From Amoebidium appalachense (taxonomy: Eukaryota; Protista; Ichthyosporea): a stretch of 64,000 nucleotides of DNA. The position numbers and the translations under genes were made by a program. Of the stretch, positions 62,217 through 64,000 are shown in pieces (the stretch's first letter is position 1; the number at the start of each line of letters is the position of its first letter). The notes beneath the pieces are model-generated. The model did no database searches, had not been told where the DNA came from, and was given only the letters and a program-made list of their open reading frames with translations. The stretch covers positions 3,348,001-3,412,000 of the forward strand of contig CAVNZM010000014.1 in assembly GCA_963693365.1 (NCBI GenBank), given 5' to 3'.

Positions 62217-63569
62217 CTACGCATTCAGTCCCATTGCCTGTCTCAGCACCTGGTTCTCTCTCCTCAGACTCTCAACCTCCATATCCAAACGCACCAACAC
62301 ATCCATCATTCCATTAGGGTCAGAGCTCAACCCCGCTTTTTTCTGCTCTGCCAACAAATGCGCAATCACCTGATCTTGCATCTTCACACGCGCATTCAGC
62401 AACTGCAGTTCCATCTCCTGTTGCTTTCTCGCCAAACTGAATTCCATATTTAGCCGCTCGATGCTCTCAACCACACTCATTCTGCAGCCGCATGCGCCGT
62501 GCAAGTTCTCGTGCGAGTGCAAATGTGGTGATGGCGTATCGTGGGACGTAGTAGGGGATGAGGATGACATTAACATGGGATCAGACATGTAAAATTGCTC
62601 TTGGAGATCGGGGTGAGATGTGCAGGCCATGCAAAGGTCTGTTGGGCAGGAATACCGATGCATGTGTTGCATGTTCATTCCGGCAGAGGCGGCGGCAGCA
62701 TGCGCATTTGCGATTGAAATTTCGGTGCGGTGTAGGACTTCACAATGTGGGAGCATAGACGGGGAACACGAGCTCCCGGACCACGTCCGTGTTTTGATAC
62801 TTCGAGCGGGTGTTGTCCCGTGTACGTGTGCGGCTTGTGTGTGTGCGTGCCTTTGTTGTTGGGGCATGTTTTCTACACTCCATGTTATCCCGGGAATGAA
62901 AAGGCCCCCATTAGTGGCCGAGGTAACCGAGTTTCTCCTGTCTTGGGCCGTAGTTGAGCGCGCGGGGGAAGTGAAAGTCGGTGACTGATGTTCTTCATCA
63001 AGGGCGTGGATGGTATACAGTTGGGTGGGTGTCTCTTTAACAATCACCACGTTGCTATCAGCACAAACCGTGTTTCTACGTGTGGTTTTATTCACCGCGG
63101 GAGGCCCCGTACGCGTTGACAAGGGGCTGAGGGCAGGTGCGGATACCCGCCGGTCAGGATGATGTTGAGGTCCATTAACGGAGGGTGAACGGGTTGCTGA
63201 TGGCGTTAAAGATGGAACAGTCAGCGCCTCATGAAGTGCTTTTGCATGTTTTGACCCCCGTGTGGTTAATGTAGGTGTACTGCTGGCATCTAGATTTTGA
63301 AGCCTGCTAGATGCTTGTACGGTGGTGGTGGTGGTGGCGGTGGTTGTGTTTATGTTGGCTGGTTTAGGGCTGCATGGGAAGAGGAAAAAACGTCCCGTTT
63401 GCGTAACCGAACCACTGTTCAAAGCCTGTGCTGATGTCTTTTCTGTGTTGGTGATTATTGGGCTGGATGAGATGTTTAGGGAGCTCTTGATGCCCAAGGA
63501 GGGTAGGTCCGGTTGTGAGCGTGACTTTCTGCGCCCCAGGGGCGGTTTGAGTGTAGGTGTAAGGATCAT
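62217..63569 (-). CDS. Ser/Thr/Pro-rich low-complexity protein with C-terminal coiled coil, single exon (~450 aa)
   Basis: Long uninterrupted ORF free of microsatellite. First ATG at 63569. Heptad-like C-terminus IERLNMEFSLARKQQEMELQLL...VESLRRENQVLRQ. Confidence 0.75.
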   Translation of the reverse strand: MILTPTLKPPLGRRKSRSQPDLPSLGIKSSLNISSSPIITNTEKTSAQALNSGSVTQTGRFFLFPCSPKPANINTTTATTTTTVQASSRLQNLDASSTPTLTTRGSKHAKALHEALTVPSLTPSATRSPSVNGPQHHPDRRVSAPALSPLSTRTGPPAVNKTTRRNTVCADSNVVIVKETPTQLYTIHALDEEHQSPTFTSPARSTTAQDRRNSVTSATNGGLFIPGITWSVENMPQQQRHAHTQAAHVHGTTPARSIKTRTWSGSSCSPSMLPHCEVLHRTEISIANAHAAAASAGMNMQHMHRYSCPTDLCMACTSHPDLQEQFYMSDPMLMSSSSPTTSHDTPSPHLHSHENLHGACGCRMSVVESIERLNMEFSLARKQQEMELQLLNARVKMQDQVIAHLLAEQKKAGLSSDPNGMMDVLVRLDMEVESLRRENQVLRQAMGLNA

Positions 63570-64000
63570 GTTGCGGAGTGGGAGAAAGGGGCCAAAAAGG
63601 AGAACAAGCAACAAAAGGTTTTGCAGACGATCTTATATTCAAAAAGAAGTTCATCCGATGCTAAGACGCAAGTACAATAATAATAAAGTAAAGGTGCTAT
63701 AAGTTTACGTAAAGTAGTTGGGGCCGGTTGGAAAGGTTTGAGAGAGCAAAAATATGTGAGGCTACTTGGTGGGGAACGGTTCGGGCCTTTTTGTGGCAAC
63801 ACCGACAAGAAGTTACAAGATGCGATGGGTTGTGTAATAGAAACAAAAAAAAAAAACAGGATTAGAAGAAGAACAGAACAAGAGGTAGCCTCTAGGTAAA
63901 AAAGAAAACTCGCTCAGGGAGTATGGGAAGCGAAACACTAATAAGTATCTCAACAAAAAAGTCACCTGAGTGATGTTCGAAGGTGTCAAGTTGTCATCAA

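Overview
Eukaryotic nuclear DNA with GT-AG introns and the standard code, probably from a unicellular holozoan such as an ichthyosporean (inferred from an endophilin-A-like BAR-SH3 gene and an Unkempt-type CCCH gene). Introns are saturated with (CA)n/(GT)n and poly-C/poly-G tracts, so most ORFs in the supplied track are microsatellite artefacts. Manual splicing gives: a degenerate LINE RT fragment, an uncharacterised minus-strand multi-exon gene, a small MYND zinc-finger gene, an Unkempt-type CCCH + SAM gene, a NOL/NYC1-like SDR, an intronless F-box/LRR gene with 1-nt indels, endophilin (12 exons), an inverted pair of reciprocally decayed helical/MYND paralogs flanking endophilin, and a Ser/Thr-rich coiled-coil gene. 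The best novelty candidate is a dispersed non-coding element (6 clear and 2-3 diverged copies). It has a fixed 3' end (CGCATTCAA(A) + C-run) and variable 5' ends, sits in C-runs on the C strand, and folds into a covarying multi-stem pseudoknotted RNA: a putative poly(C)/poly(G)-targeted structured retroposon. Also present: a 146-bp (2x73) satellite, introns bracketed by complementary repeats, triplicated exon boundaries, and MITE-like or fold-back elements. All alignments, translations and folds were done by eye.
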